64,000 bases of DNA from Eledone cirrhosa (taxonomy: Eukaryota). The first letter of the stretch is position 1; each line of letters starts with the position of its first letter. Below are positions 15,100 to 27,716 of this stretch, in pieces. Below the pieces are notes generated by a model. The model was not told the origin of the DNA. It did not search any database and saw nothing but the letters and a program-made list of their open reading frames with translations. The translations under genes and the position numbers were made by a program. The stretch is taken from NCBI GenBank assembly GCA_964016885.1, contig OZ024743.1:120714001-120778000 (forward strand), read 5' to 3'.

Positions 15100-15960
15100 C
15101 AAAAACCAGAGCTTATACTGGTGTCCCGTGGTGTTAAATGACTGAAAGTATAAGACGCCAATCCATTGCAGCTAATCCAAGCCGCTAACCCTCGTACTGA
15201 ATTTCAGCTGAATGGACAGGCGCAAAGAAAAATGTCGTGATCTGATACAAAGAGAAAACTAATATAAAGTAACAACAATAGGACAAGAATAATAATGTAA
15301 AGTAAACAAAGGGTAGCTGGTAAATGCAATAACGATACACGAAAACAAGGAAATGACAAAGTAAACACTACAGGTTAACTGCGCTGAAATAACAGGTGTC
15401 AATACTGACAAAATAACTGAAAATATTGCAAAAAGGAAATGGAATTCCAAAATATATTCAAGAAAATACAACAAAATTAACCAGTCCATAGCCAATATCT
15501 AAAAACAAAAAAGCGAAGGCATGTTACTAACAGCACGAGATCAATTCTTAATCACTAACAACATAAACAATAGTAAGTGATTGTAACAAAATATTCTACC
15601 AGTTGAATACATTATCGTCTGATGAGCAGTTCTTGGTAGATTTAGATACATAATAGACACGATTGGGTCAGTGAACAATTTGCCAACCCTTCGATGAGAA
15701 AAGGGACACGGTACATGACAATATTCTGGCCACATTCATCTAGACACACTTGCCAAAGCTAACCATGGAAAATAGGTAATTATTCAGACATAATAATAAA
15801 TGAAAACTGCGGGCAGGTTGTTAGACATCACAAGCACTTCTGATCCAATTGTAGAAATACAAGGAACTCCAAATAGAAATAAACAGCTTGATACATGAAA
15901 AAGAGTACTAATAATAATTGGAGCACCACGTATGGAAAGAATATGAACAAAACATAAAAG
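15100..15960 (+). mobile_element. Degraded R4/Dong-like 3' fragment
   Basis: Remnant gaaggcatgttactaacagcacgagatcaa (EGMLLTARDQ) and ataataattggagca (IIIGA). Confidence 0.5.
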
Positions 15961-16440
15961 CTTCACAAGATCATACAACATTACACATATTCTAATATAT
16001 GTATGCATGTGCGTGTTTGTGTTTGTGTTTGTGTTTGTGTGTGTGAGTGAATGTGTGTGTGCATGTGTTTGTGTGTGTGTGTACGTATAACTTTGCTAGC
16101 TCCAGCCTAGATTCTACGCAATATCATTGTCACTTCAATACGTTCTTTGTAAACAACACATACCCTACACAGTAGCCACCCGATAGCCACCCAACACAGA
16201 AGACACACGATACTCAATGATAAATAAATACATAAAATAAATATTCCTACATAAATGATGCCCAACACTAGTGCTATCATTTAATACAGATTATACATTG
16301 CATCATTACTACCTAACACTGAAACAACACCAATCATAAATCATATACAAAACACAAAGAGCACACAGCAAATAACGCAAATGAAATTACATATGCTGTA
16401 TACAATAGAAGATCTATTAACCGAATATATAAACAACGCA

Positions 16441-16622
16441 ATAATTGTTTCTACTTTTGGCGCAAGGCCAGCAATTATCCCAGTGCATTACTGATACTTT
16501 ATTTTATCGACCCTGTAAGGATGAAAGGCAAAGTTTACCTCGGCAGGATTTGAACTCAGATCAGAAAGGGGCGTAACTCTGTGCTGCAAAGCCTGTTGTC
16601 CGACCCTCTACCGATACTGCCA
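16441..16622 (-). mobile_element. SINE family A
   Basis: Reverse complement of the 14213-14420 consensus. Confidence 0.9.
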
Positions 16623-17041
16623 AACAATAATGTTCATAACAAAGCAAAACTGATGTAATGCACATTATACCAGTTCTTGCCACAACTGCTTAACTAATGT
16701 GAACAGATTTAGCCACGCCATTTCCGCCACTCTTACCGGCCTTTCGTGAAATTTATTGCATGTTAGCACATCTTTTGTAGCATTATCGTTCTCTCCAAGT
16801 GGCCTTTGAAGAAGTTGCCGAGAGTTTGTTTCGAGAGGAAAAGCTCGAACGTCAAATCTTTCAGTCGTGACCTCAAAACCGCATCCTCTATCATTACGAG
16901 GAGCTTTTCTTTGTCTTAAACACGAGCTTTCTTCTTATTAGAATTGGGTAATAGTTTTATTAATGTATAGTGTTTATTAATGTATAGTGTTGATTAAAAC
17001 CGCTTGTTCATATGTTAATGTCGTGTTTCCTTTCATTCCAG

Positions 17042-17253
17042 TATCAGCCGCTTTCAGTCATAACCTGCCTGTCTCTGAGGAGAAGCTCCTGGTGAAGCGC
17101 CTGCTAGATCGGTATGCCCGACTAGGAAAGATAGGCAGGCCCGTGCTCAACACATCGGAGACCGTCACCGTCAACTTTGACCTCAGCCTCATTCAGATTG
17201 TCGATGTAGATGAAAAAAATCAAGTACTAGTGACAAATATCTGGTATAACTAT
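17042..17253 (+). CDS. nAChR alpha-type subunit, internal exon (mature N-terminus to loop D)
   Basis: Acceptor tttcctttcattccag| and donor |gtaagt at 17254. Translates SAAFSHNLPVSEEKLLVKRLLDRYARLGKIGRPVLNTSETVTVNFDLSLIQIVDVDEKNQVLVTNIWYNY, with Cys-loop receptor hallmarks RPV and DVDEKNQVL. Confidence 0.93.
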
Positions 17254-17621
17254 GTAAGTATTTGCAAGAAAATATTTCTTGATTCTAATCCTGAATATAA
17301 TATTATTTGATTGTGTAAAATCATATAATGATACAATAAACATAATACAATTTTAGTAGTTTCCTATCTTAATTTAGATGTAAAATTAAAGAGAAAAATA
17401 ACAAAATAACAAATTGATTTGTAATTTAAATACGACGCATGTTGGATTTCGGACTAAAGAAAATTACATAACTATCATTAGTAAATAAAGATATTCAATA
17501 GCATAATATAATGTATGAGCTATGAATAAAGCAAATAGTAAGACTGATTGCTATAGCATAGTGTTAGTTAAGCATGAGTATATAACTTCAATAAAATGTC
17601 AATATTGAGATGCATGCATAA

Positions 17622-17945
17622 TCCCGTAGCTCCCGAGGGAGTCATTGGGGTGCCGTGTTGACATAATGTTTTGGGGACATTTTAAAACCTGGTGGAACCC
17701 ATCTCATATCCAGCTCAGAATACAGCAGGTTCCTTCCAGAGAAGGATAGAGAGAGGGTGAGAGAATAGAAGTGAGAAATAGATATAGAGGAAGAATCTAC
17801 TCCAGTACTAGACTGGTATATTTTTATCGACCTCGAAAGGATGAAATGCAAAGGTGACCACGGTTGAATTTGAACTCAGAGAGCTAGAATGAATACAGCA
17901 AAACATTCTATCTGACGTTCTAATGATGCTGAGAATTCGCCGCCT
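17622..17945 (-). mobile_element. SINE with family A head and an alternative long tail (family A2)
   Basis: Head similar to family A; tail homologous to 59090-59228 and ending ggagctacgg. Confidence 0.75.
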
Positions 17946-18784
17946 TTTATATATGGACATATAGAGACTTTAAGGTTAACCTAAAGTAAAATATATTGTC
18001 ATTTTCCAATTTTCCGGCAACAAAAGGAGATAAATCTCGACATGGTCTTAGATTTTAACGTTTTATATTAATAGTAATTTAAACAAAACAAAGAAACGCC
18101 TATTCAATTGAAATCTTTATTTCAAGAGAACTTTCAATGTATTGTGATAACGTAGAGAAATCAATTCATTTAATAAAATCAGGAATATTTAGAAGAGATA
18201 ATAGAGACTTGTAGCTTCATGAAATAAAGCATTTTTGGACAAAACGCATATTTACCGTTTTGTTGTAAAGTCTAGCAGTCGTTAAACAAACTGTAACACT
18301 CGAACTAATTGTGATAACAATTATTGGAAAGCAAAATCGAATCACAAATGTCTGTCTGTATTTTTGTTTTTAGGACATACAACCACATAACATCTTGCTA
18401 TGCCTGGTTAGAGAATTTTCTGAAAAGCGATATCTGATATTATATAAAGATATGTGATTCCAGTGCTCGCAGTTAGTTATTCTATATGTAATTAATGAGG
18501 CGTAGTTAACATCTATTTTGACAATGATATATCACCACAAAACGTACTTCTAAAATTGAAAAGAAAAGTGTTCATTTTCACTCATTTCACATTAATCATG
18601 AAATATTGTTGAAAAATGTACATCTTTGTAATATTAATTGTGTTGAAAATTATTAGTGGTCTAAAGTAAACGTGTCCAAATTGCATAACTTCAAAAATTT
18701 ATAATAGAGGTTTATAGACATATGTATTTCTAACTTTATTGATTTTAGCTGATTTAAAATGTAAAAACATAACTTTGAAAGTTA

Positions 18785-18853
<69 letters not shown>

Positions 18854-19171
18854 TGCATGAGTATATATATATGTAAATGTAAATATGTATATAAAACCAA
18901 CAAAGAAACAAAACAGGACTTAAATATAGTGTTCATCCCATTATTTCTTCCCCTCAAAAGGCTTAAAATATATGTTTTAATTATATTAATATACAACTCT
19001 ACACATTAAACCTGTCTCTAATACAGTTTATTTCATATTCCAACTGTTGTATCATCGAGGTTTTGAAACCATGGCTGGGGCATTATATAATTAAAACTTG
19101 GCTTCTTTTAGCCATTTTGACTTATATTCTACCCAAAGAGTGATTTGATCTTACATTTAATAATTCAATAT

Positions 19172-19412
<241 letters not shown>

Positions 19413-19538
19413 TATTTAAAATTGAGTGACACAACTTCAAGTGATTAGCAATTTTTGGACACCCTAATCAATGAAACAATTGTTAATACTGTAAATAAAA
19501 CCCTTTTTGTACTGTTGACCATGTTATTCTTCACTCTT

Positions 19539-19570
<32 letters not shown>

Positions 19571-19624
19571 CGTGTGTGTGCGTATGTGTGAGTGTGTGTG
19601 TATTTATTATACGTACAAATTAAA

Positions 19625-19733
19625 GGTTAAGCAAGGAATTGGTGCTTTCACTCTATTATGGGATCTTCTGATCTTCTCTCATTGTTTCAGAAGTTGCCGT
19701 AAAAGGGTGAAAGCAGCGATTTATTGCTTGAAC
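19625..19733. repeat. Imperfect hairpin of about 47-bp arms
   Basis: ggttaagcaaggaattggtgctttcactctattatgggatcttctga pairs with tcagaagttgccgtaaaagggtgaaagcagcgatttattgcttgaac; 15-nt loop. Confidence 0.8.
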
Positions 19734-19744
19734 GTCAATCTGTC

Positions 19745-19767
19745 CATATAATAAATATTTGCTCTAT

Positions 19768-19831
<64 letters not shown>

Positions 19832-19854
19832 ATAGAGCAAATATTTATTATATG
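19745..19854. repeat. Palindrome centred on (TA)n
   Basis: catataataaatatttgctctatggttt (19745-19772) and its exact reverse complement (19827-19854) flank a pure (TA)n. Confidence 0.95.
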
Positions 19855-19859
19855 AACAG

Positions 19860-19904
<45 letters not shown>

Positions 19905-19910
<6 letters not shown>

Positions 19911-20371
19911 ATTAAATAAAGGGAAAACTATATTTATAAAACCATATCTATTTCATTATATATATTTCGGGGATATCATATTAACAATATGTTATGCCTT
20001 CATCAGACAAAATACAATATAAACAGTTTTATAGATAAATATATTCGACATACCGTAATAAACATCAACTTCATTTGAAGAGGTTTACTCTAGCAGTCTT
20101 TACTCTAATCTCTTCAAATGAAGTTGATGTTTATTACGGTATGTCGAATATATTTATCTATAAAACTGTTTATATTGTATTTTGTCTGATGAAGGCATAA
20201 CATATTGTTAATATGATATCCCCGAAATATATATAATGAAATAGATATGGTTTTATAAATATAGTTTTCCATTTATTTAATATTGTAAATATACTCCAAA
20301 TATTTGTCGAGTGCTTTTATATCAGTTATAAATATTTACTAGTTGTAACCCAACAATTTTAAATATAACTT

Positions 20372-20378
<7 letters not shown>
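19905..20378. mobile_element. Fold-back hammerhead-containing element (Penelope-like terminal repeat type) within (TA)n
   Basis: About 178-bp arms 19905-20082 and 20110-20287, one mismatch seen; about 90-nt 3' extension; (TA)n on both sides. Confidence 0.9.
20178..20244 (+). ncRNA. Type I hammerhead ribozyme (mirror copy on - strand at about 19948-20014)
   Basis: tattttgt | CTGATGA | aggcataacatatt-gtt-aatatgatatcccc | GAA | ATATATAT | A | atgaaata. Intact core, long imperfect stem II, palindromic stem III, 8-bp stem I with two G-U pairs. Confidence 0.75.
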
Positions 20379-20424
<46 letters not shown>

Positions 20425-20470
20425 CGAGCCCTATTCGGATTTTAGTCCTCACATTTATTATTACTATCAT

Positions 20471-20508
<38 letters not shown>

Positions 20509-20629
20509 GGTTTGGGTGTGTGTGTGGGTGTGTGTGTGCGTGCGTGCGTGCGTGCGTGTGTGTGTGTGTGTACTGCAGTTCTGTATATATTTGTCTTTAA
20601 CTGATGATTCTTTAAACAAAATTTGGCAG

Positions 20630-20739
20630 GTTTGGACAGACCATCTTTTGAAATGGGATCCAGTAGAACATGGCAATATTTCAAACATCCGCGTTCCATC
20701 TGACAGAATCTGGCTACCCGACATCTTATTATACAACTT
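20630..20739 (+). CDS. nAChR alpha-type subunit, 110-nt exon (loop A)
   Basis: ggcag|GTTTGG...AACTT|gtaagt. Translates VWTDHLLKWDPVEHGNISNIRVPSDRIWLPDILLYN. Phase-0 join to the previous exon; 110 nt is the typical length of this nAChR exon. Confidence 0.95.
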
Positions 20740-20969
20740 GTAAGTGTTAATATATTTTGTATTTGCATATATTTGATTAGTTCAATTGTAAATATAAAAG
20801 TAATTATACTTTCCGTAATATATATTTATATATAAACATTTAAAGGGGATGAATGTTTGGAAAGAAAAAACATCAGATGAAATAAATTGACATATGTGTC
20901 GCTCAAATTAGGTGCTTATAGATTTATCAAAGTTAACATCGCTTATAATCTCCTAGTATATAATTGTTC

Positions 20970-21700
20970 CTAAAGACGTTGAGTTTGCTCCCTGGCAAAA
21001 TGAGCTTTTTTGCACAACATTTCTTGTAAACAATTCTTGATTAATACTGCATTAAGGAAAATCCGGGATCCAAGAAAACTGGTGATGGTCTTCACAGCAG
21101 CAACTTCTGAAGTCAACAAATGTATGATCGAACCAATTTGTCTTCCTAACTGTCTATGAGAATACATATATCAATCAATATATATTATTTCAAATGAGAT
21201 AACAGAACACAGAGAAATACATGCACATACATAAACTATATTAAAATAATATTACAATGTCATGAGACAGATAAAATAAAAGCTGCCCAAACATTTTTAT
21301 CATTGGCCTTTTGCTGAATTATGGTGAATTTTACATTAAGCTCTCTTGTGACCATTCTTTGGAATGTGGTATTCGGTCTTTGACTCTTGCGGCGACCTCC
21401 TGATAGTTGATATAGCACCATGGAAGTTACTAATATGATGCCGGATTTGATGACCAATCCATGTCAATCGCCGATGATTTCGAACCTTAGCATATATATG
21501 TAACTGGTTTGTGCGTGTGAACATTTCTGCATTTGTTATGCGTTTTTGGTATGTTACGCCACAGATGATGCATAGATAATTTGTGTGAAATATGTTCACT
21601 GCACGTTTTTGTTTTTGCGTATGCACGATTCATGTCTCGCAGCCATAAAGAAACACTGGCAGACATGGTGTATTATACATCCGTAACTTCAGATGTAATC
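20970..21700 (-). mobile_element. RTE-like LINE 3' ORF remnant
   Basis: LCIICGVTYQKRITNAEMFTRT...RNHRRLTWIGHQIR matches the RTE C-terminal pattern RRLxWxGHxxR. Confidence 0.65.
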
Positions 21701-21822
21701 TCACTGGTGAGAGCATTAGCTTATAGGTTTAATGCTCCTCATAGGAGAGCATTAGCCTATAAGGCAATCAATTGCCTTCAACAGATTTGGAAAGCGAGCA
21801 TTAGTATTCATATATATATATA

Positions 21823-22250
21823 TATAAGATAACAGGAGGCTGGACTGGTGTAAATCCTTGAAAGGTTTATTATACTATGATCATTTCCGAGGGCGGCCGA
21901 CTGAGGTAGAAGCTGCTAAATAGTCGGTCATCCTCTTGTCTCTGATTTACAGCCCCATGGATTTTATCTGTTATATTCGTTTGTTATATTTTGAATATCT
22001 GATGATATCACCGGCTTCATACTGAACCCGGTCATTGAAATGATCATAGTATAATAAACCTTTCAAGGATTTACACCAGTCCAGCCTCCTGTTACCTTAT
22101 AATAATTAACTCCATACTGGCACCACCAACTACACAAACGAAGACGGGTAAGTTGCATTACGTTGAGTGCTCTCCATAATATTACATCGAGATTGACCAT
22201 ACGGAATGACCAGTTCTATCCAGTGGTGAACCAACAAACCTAAATAAATA
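21823..22250 (+). mobile_element. Fold-back hammerhead-containing element within (TA)n
   Basis: 65-bp arms 21823-21887 and 22037-22101; internal hairpin gagggcggccgact/agtcggtcatcctc; about 150-nt 3' extension; (TA)n on both sides. Confidence 0.88.
21995..22052 (+). ncRNA. Type I hammerhead ribozyme
   Basis: atat | CTGATGA | t-atcaccggcttca-tac-tgaacccggtcat-t | GAA | ATGATCAT | A | gtat; palindromic stem III. Confidence 0.75.
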
Positions 22251-22251
22251 T

Positions 22252-22341
<90 letters not shown>

Positions 22342-22513
22342 ATAAGAATATTTATATTTTTATATGTTTGATATAACTATACATATGTAGGGTAGTACTA
22401 AGTACTAACCGATTAGCGGTATTACAAAAGGCTCAATGCAAATTTTCAAGTCTTTTACAGAGTCGAGATACAAAGTGTTAAAACGATCAAATTTTAGTTT
22501 AGAACATTTATTT

Positions 22514-22558
22514 GCTGACAATTGTTTCTTCCAGAGGGGAGTCTGGATTCATCGGAGC
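22514..22558 (-). ncRNA. Type I hammerhead ribozyme with one core substitution
   Basis: Minus strand gct | CCGATGA | a-tccaga-ctcccc-tctgga-a | GAA | ACAATTGT | C | agc; U4 replaced by C; about 175 nt from (TA)n. Confidence 0.7.
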
Positions 22559-23522
22559 TTAAGGAATGTCGAACCATGTAACTAAAATCTTAGTCAATTA
22601 GGGTACATAATTGTTATTAGTGTCAAAGGCATCATGTGGAGAGTCAGGAGTTAAAAAGATGTTCTGCTTGAAAGAACACAATTACAGGCAGCGCTGGTTG
22701 GAAGTGTAATAGGTATAAGTAAAAAGCACAAGAAAAACAAAAAAATCACAAGCAAAAAAATCACAAGCTGAAAAAAACACAGGCAAAAAGTTATAAGCAA
22801 GGAAAATTGGTGTACAATCCAGGAGTCAATACAGTCAATACAGTCAATGAGGAAAGAGTTATAATGCAGTTGAAATAAACATATTTTGTGTGGGGTGTTA
22901 AAGGATGTTATAATTGTTATACATGTTTAAGACAGTTTCCAATTTGTTAGAGAGACATGTGGTGACAATGTAGGTATTTGTTATGTAAGGTGTAGTGTAA
23001 AGCACGTGATAGAGTTGGGTATATGATTTTCATTTAAGTGTTATTGTGTTGTAGTTCGTATGTATGTCTATGTGTTGTTTGTTACTCACAGCTATTAACG
23101 ATGTTAAGGCAGACGTATGTGGACAATGGCAAGTAACGGAACTGCTAGAAAAAGCAGTCAGATTCAGCCAAATTTTATTCTCAAACATAATAAAGTAATT
23201 AACAAATTAATTGAAGATATATATATGAGGATGCCCAACGAATACCAGTTTTGTTCAATGAAGGGATTAATAAAAAACAATTTATCAGAGCATAATAAAA
23301 TTTGAGAAAAGTAAAAAAAGATAAGAAAAAAATGTCTGAATTTGTTAATTAAAAGAAAATCAAACTTTAATGCTGGAGTTTTATACACCACATCATCAGC
23401 GTCATGTGACTTGGCTAACGGGTAAGCACCTTAATTTGATTGATGTTCATTTGTAAACTGAAGTAAAAGAAAAAGTATCTTTTTATAAAGAATTATCAAT
23501 AAATATCATTTTCTAATTGCAG

Positions 23523-23974
23523 TGCTGATACTCGTTTGAAAGAACAACGGGAGGCTTTGGTCGTGGTTAACTATACTGGCGGTACTCTTTGGATGCCTCA
23601 AGCGATTCTTAAAAGCTCTTGTTTCTTCGACATCACCTTTTTTCCGTTTGACGATCAAGAGTGTAAACTCAAATTTGGTTCGTGGACATATGACGGATTC
23701 AAGGTGGACGTGGTGTTTCGCTCTGCTCCGAAAATGGATTTAAACGATTATATGTTAAGTAATGAGTGGGACATCATGGAAAATGTCGCCGTGAGGAATG
23801 TGCGAAAGTATGCGTGTTGCCCAGAACCCTACCCCGATTTAACTTTTCGACTTCGACTACGAAGAAAAGTAGCTTTTTACAGTTTTATCCTCATCCTCCC
23901 CTGTGCTCTTTTATCTTTATTAACGTTGGTTATCTTCTGGGTCCCACCGGAATCTCCAGCAAAACTTCAGTTAG
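23523..23974 (+). CDS. nAChR alpha-type subunit exon: Cys-loop, loops B/C, M1 and M1-M2 linker
   Basis: ctaattgcag|T completes TTT (Phe) with the previous exon; ends TTAG|gtaagt. Contains C-x13-C (CFFDITFFPFDDQEC), WTYDG, vicinal cysteines YACCPEPY, M1 (FYSFILILPCALLSLLTLVIFWVP) and linker PESPAKLQLG. Confidence 0.96.
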
Positions 23975-26329
23975 GTAAGTAGAATTTCATTATTACTGCG
24001 TTTCAAGTTTGTTTAAGTTCTTTCTGTACAGAGATGTTGCTGAAACACATCTAAAATATATGTAAACTTATTTAATTGGTTTTTAATGAAATGTTAAATA
24101 ATTCACATGTGCAACATCTCATATAAAGGGAGATAATTGTTTTTTTTATAAATGTGTATCTTATGAAAACGTAAAAATTAATGCAGTTAACATTTACATA
24201 AACATTAAACATTTTGGACCCTGTCGACTGCATTTCCATTAATAAATCTTTTTTTTCTAATTTACTGCTTGCATTCATACACCATTAACCGTACCAAAAT
24301 CAGTCATGTTAGCAAAAACGACTATGTATTCTTTCGCATAATATATATTAAATCCTAATTTTATTTTGCTATTAAAAGAAAAGTATCAAAAACTTTAATT
24401 GAATAACTAGAGAATGTTGCAGCAGTAAGGAAGCGATAAAAGCAAAGTTTCTATTATATACGCCTTGGCAAGGCGGAAACTCGTGGTCAGTTATTATAGA
24501 TCATAGGGCAAGCAAGATAAATTCATGAAATTTTAAATTGAACCAAGACCGGTATCAACCCTAAACAAACCCCAGGTTGTGAATAGTATGAAAAGCTAAT
24601 GAGATGTAAAATTATTCGACTACTTCAATTTCCGTGTGAAGCAATATACACTGCAAACTGCGTTCGTTTAGAAGGAATATGCTGCTATACTTTGTTAAAC
24701 AACTCTTACAATTGCACAGCAAGAAGTAGTATTGACAGTTCAGTAGATATTGTTCTCGAAAATCAGAAATACAAGCATCTAAAAACAAAGCTTATGGAGA
24801 TAGTAGCTATTAGCATTTATATATCATTTGCAATATTTCATTGGTGTAGTTCTATGTTCTATGTAATTATTGCCTATAACGTTGGATCTCTATCATATCC
24901 TGAACTGAACTTAAAAGTAGCGCTTTCTATTTCCGGTTGCAGCTTAAACATAAACATATAGAAGCAAGTATATTTTTACGAATATATTATTAAAGATTGT
25001 ACATTGGTAAACAGCAAATGAAGCGTGTGGACCCTTTACACAGACACTTGATATGTTGGATTTGCGGTCAAATCTCTCACTTAAACTATCGCCATTGTCT
25101 TGGATGGACATATTTGTTTACGTATTTCTGTACAAAAAAGGCAGGATGTCATGCCAAGTATATCTTTGATCATAGATATGACGGACCGCGTTTAACCTAG
25201 AGCTAAGCAAGAAAGGAAAAATGAAAATTGAAACCATTGATTAGAAAGGATCAAATATGTACTAAGATGTCATTTATATCTGGTAGAATTAGTTACAGTG
25301 TCTGTTATGTCTTGACAATTATACCATACTAGAAAGTCGCTGATGTAAAGATTCGTATGAAACAATAGTCTCAATATTTATCAACATCTAATGCTTATAT
25401 GATCTAATAAAGGAAATTCTACAAGAATACGTTCCCTGCTATAATTGTAAGACACATTTCTCTTAAATCCATATATATCTCTGAAACACGATGCTTGTTG
25501 ACTGGAAAAGTATATATGAATGAATATATATTTGATATATATTTATATAGAATTGATTTTCCCATCAAATAGCAAGCGATGTAATGCTAGGAATGATAAA
25601 AACCTAAACTATATGATAGGAAACCCATGAATATTCTCTTTCCAACAATTCATTAGCTGCAGACAGTCCAAACGAATGACTTATACATCCTCCAAATTAA
25701 TTAATACATTAAAAATAGTGAATAGTTTCCATCGTCTATTATGTTTCGTCAAATCAATATATCACCCTTGATTCGACCAACGCTTCTCGTAGTGAAATAT
25801 TTCACTATATTAAAAATTACTCAACTGAGAGATTAATGCATATTTAACATTTCCTACACTTGTGAAAAAAGAAATGAAGATTACACTTGTAGAACACGTC
25901 AAAGCTTTAATCAGAAGCCATTCAACAATTTCAGGAATTGTAGAATATGGTGTTATCTACAATGGAATGTACACGTCATATGAGAAAACCAATATTTTAA
26001 AAATGAATCAATAGAACTAAAATACATATAGCTTTTCTGTGTTTACTAAATTTTACTAATTTCTGTATCACCCAAGGTTTCCATTGTAATATGAAGATAG
26101 GGCTAAGCTAATATTAGGAATAATGGCATGAATAATAATAATAATAATAAAATATGCACTTCAGTTTATGGCTTCTGTCTGAGTTTTTTATAATTCAGTT
26201 CCGGAAATTCTCTAATCAGATTTCAAAGTTAGTGAGATCCAAGCATTCATAATACATTAAAATAAATTGAACATAATAATAATAATAGTAATAATAATGA
26301 TAATAATGATAATAATAGTAATAATAATG

Positions 26330-27415
26330 ATTTCTTTATTGGCCACAAGGGCTGACACCAAAAAAACATTACAGACGGCACAGGACGGTACAGGACGTTA
26401 CGATGTGGGTTTTGTGCGTGTAAATATTTTTTATTATTTATATCAGAAAAGAAAACAAAGACATAGAAACATATATATAAACAATAAAATTGAAAATTGA
26501 AACAATGAAAAATTCTCCAATAAGGGGGAAACCTCCGAGGGTTACTCGTGGTGAAAACCACACAAAAGACCACGGCCACCCTGACCACCAGGGCAAGCGC
26601 CCTCTCTCAATTTTTCCATCTCTCAAACTACAGACGTATATTCTCGCTACATTCACCCACCTTTCAACAAACTTTCTAGAAGGCAGCACTTGCCTCTCTA
26701 CCCTGATTTCCCTCTTCAAGTGAAACTTGAAAAAGTTAATTAGGGATTCGCTGAAGAGGAAAGTGTCTTCTTTAACCCTTTCAACCTTGTGCACCACACA
26801 ATCCTTTTCGCCATGGCCACCAGGCACATGAAAACCGCCTGCCCTTCCCCGCCGAAGGAAGTCGGCGAGACCATCTGCACAATGGACTCAATCGATAAGC
26901 GGATCAGTCCTATATCCGACAGCAACTGTTCGACATAGCTCGACAAGTCAGCAATACTCGGGCACTGAACGAATGCGTGCACAACGGTTTCATCGCTCTG
27001 CGCCCATCTCGGACAGGCTCGGCTGACGGCACTTCCGTGCCTGTAGAGCTTATCTCGAACCGGCAACGCTCCCCGGTAGCACTGCCAGGCCAGAGATTTT
27101 TGGAAGTTATCGATAGGCCCTGGGCTGAAAGTTCTCCGGAAGAGAACAAACAGCTGATCTTCTGCGACGCCCAGGATCTCTCCGAGAACGTCGTCGCTCT
27201 TCCCCCCACTAGTCCTCTATAGAACGCCGAGGTGCATGTTCCACTGGTGCCCAGCTGGCAGAGGGAAGTGAGCGCCTGGAGACATTCCAGTTTCCAAGCG
27301 CTATCCCTCGGTCTTTTTCTCACCCAGGACTGCAGCTACGTCAAGGAGACGAGCTGTGGGAAAACGTGCCTGGCGAATGGCGACCACACCTGTTCATGCT
27401 CAAGGAAGCACCAGA
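26330..27415 (-). mobile_element. Tx1-like LINE, 5'-truncated
   Basis: Homologous to 31431-32460 (PVRDKLYRHG..CPR...ETVVHAFVQC); ends gcccttgtggccAATAAAgaaatc(ATT)n. Confidence 0.9.
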
Positions 27416-27431
27416 GAATAATAATAATAAT

Positions 27432-27685
27432 AAGGATTTGGAACTGCCATGAAGTCAGAGTCGTCCCGATTGTCATAGGCGCACTAGGTACTATCTCAAA
27501 TAGATTCCAAGGATGGTTAAAGAAAATTAGTCCAGCCCCGCTTTTTGGAACACTTCAAAAGGCATGCTTGCTGGGAACAGCAAGAACCCTCCGATACGTC
27601 CTGAATATCTGAGGGTGCAGGTAGCGGCTTGATATTCATTTCAACAAACTTTCCAGTGAAATAACATGAATGACTGAGACTCAAA

Positions 27686-27716
<31 letters not shown>

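Noticed and set aside
19040-19080. GAAACCATGG half-hammerhead between (TA)n tracts
   Set aside because: No recognisable CUGANGA or UH; too degraded to call.
20601-20607. CTGATGA as a hammerhead core
   Set aside because: No stem II/GAAA follows; it lies in the branch-point region of the 20630 acceptor.
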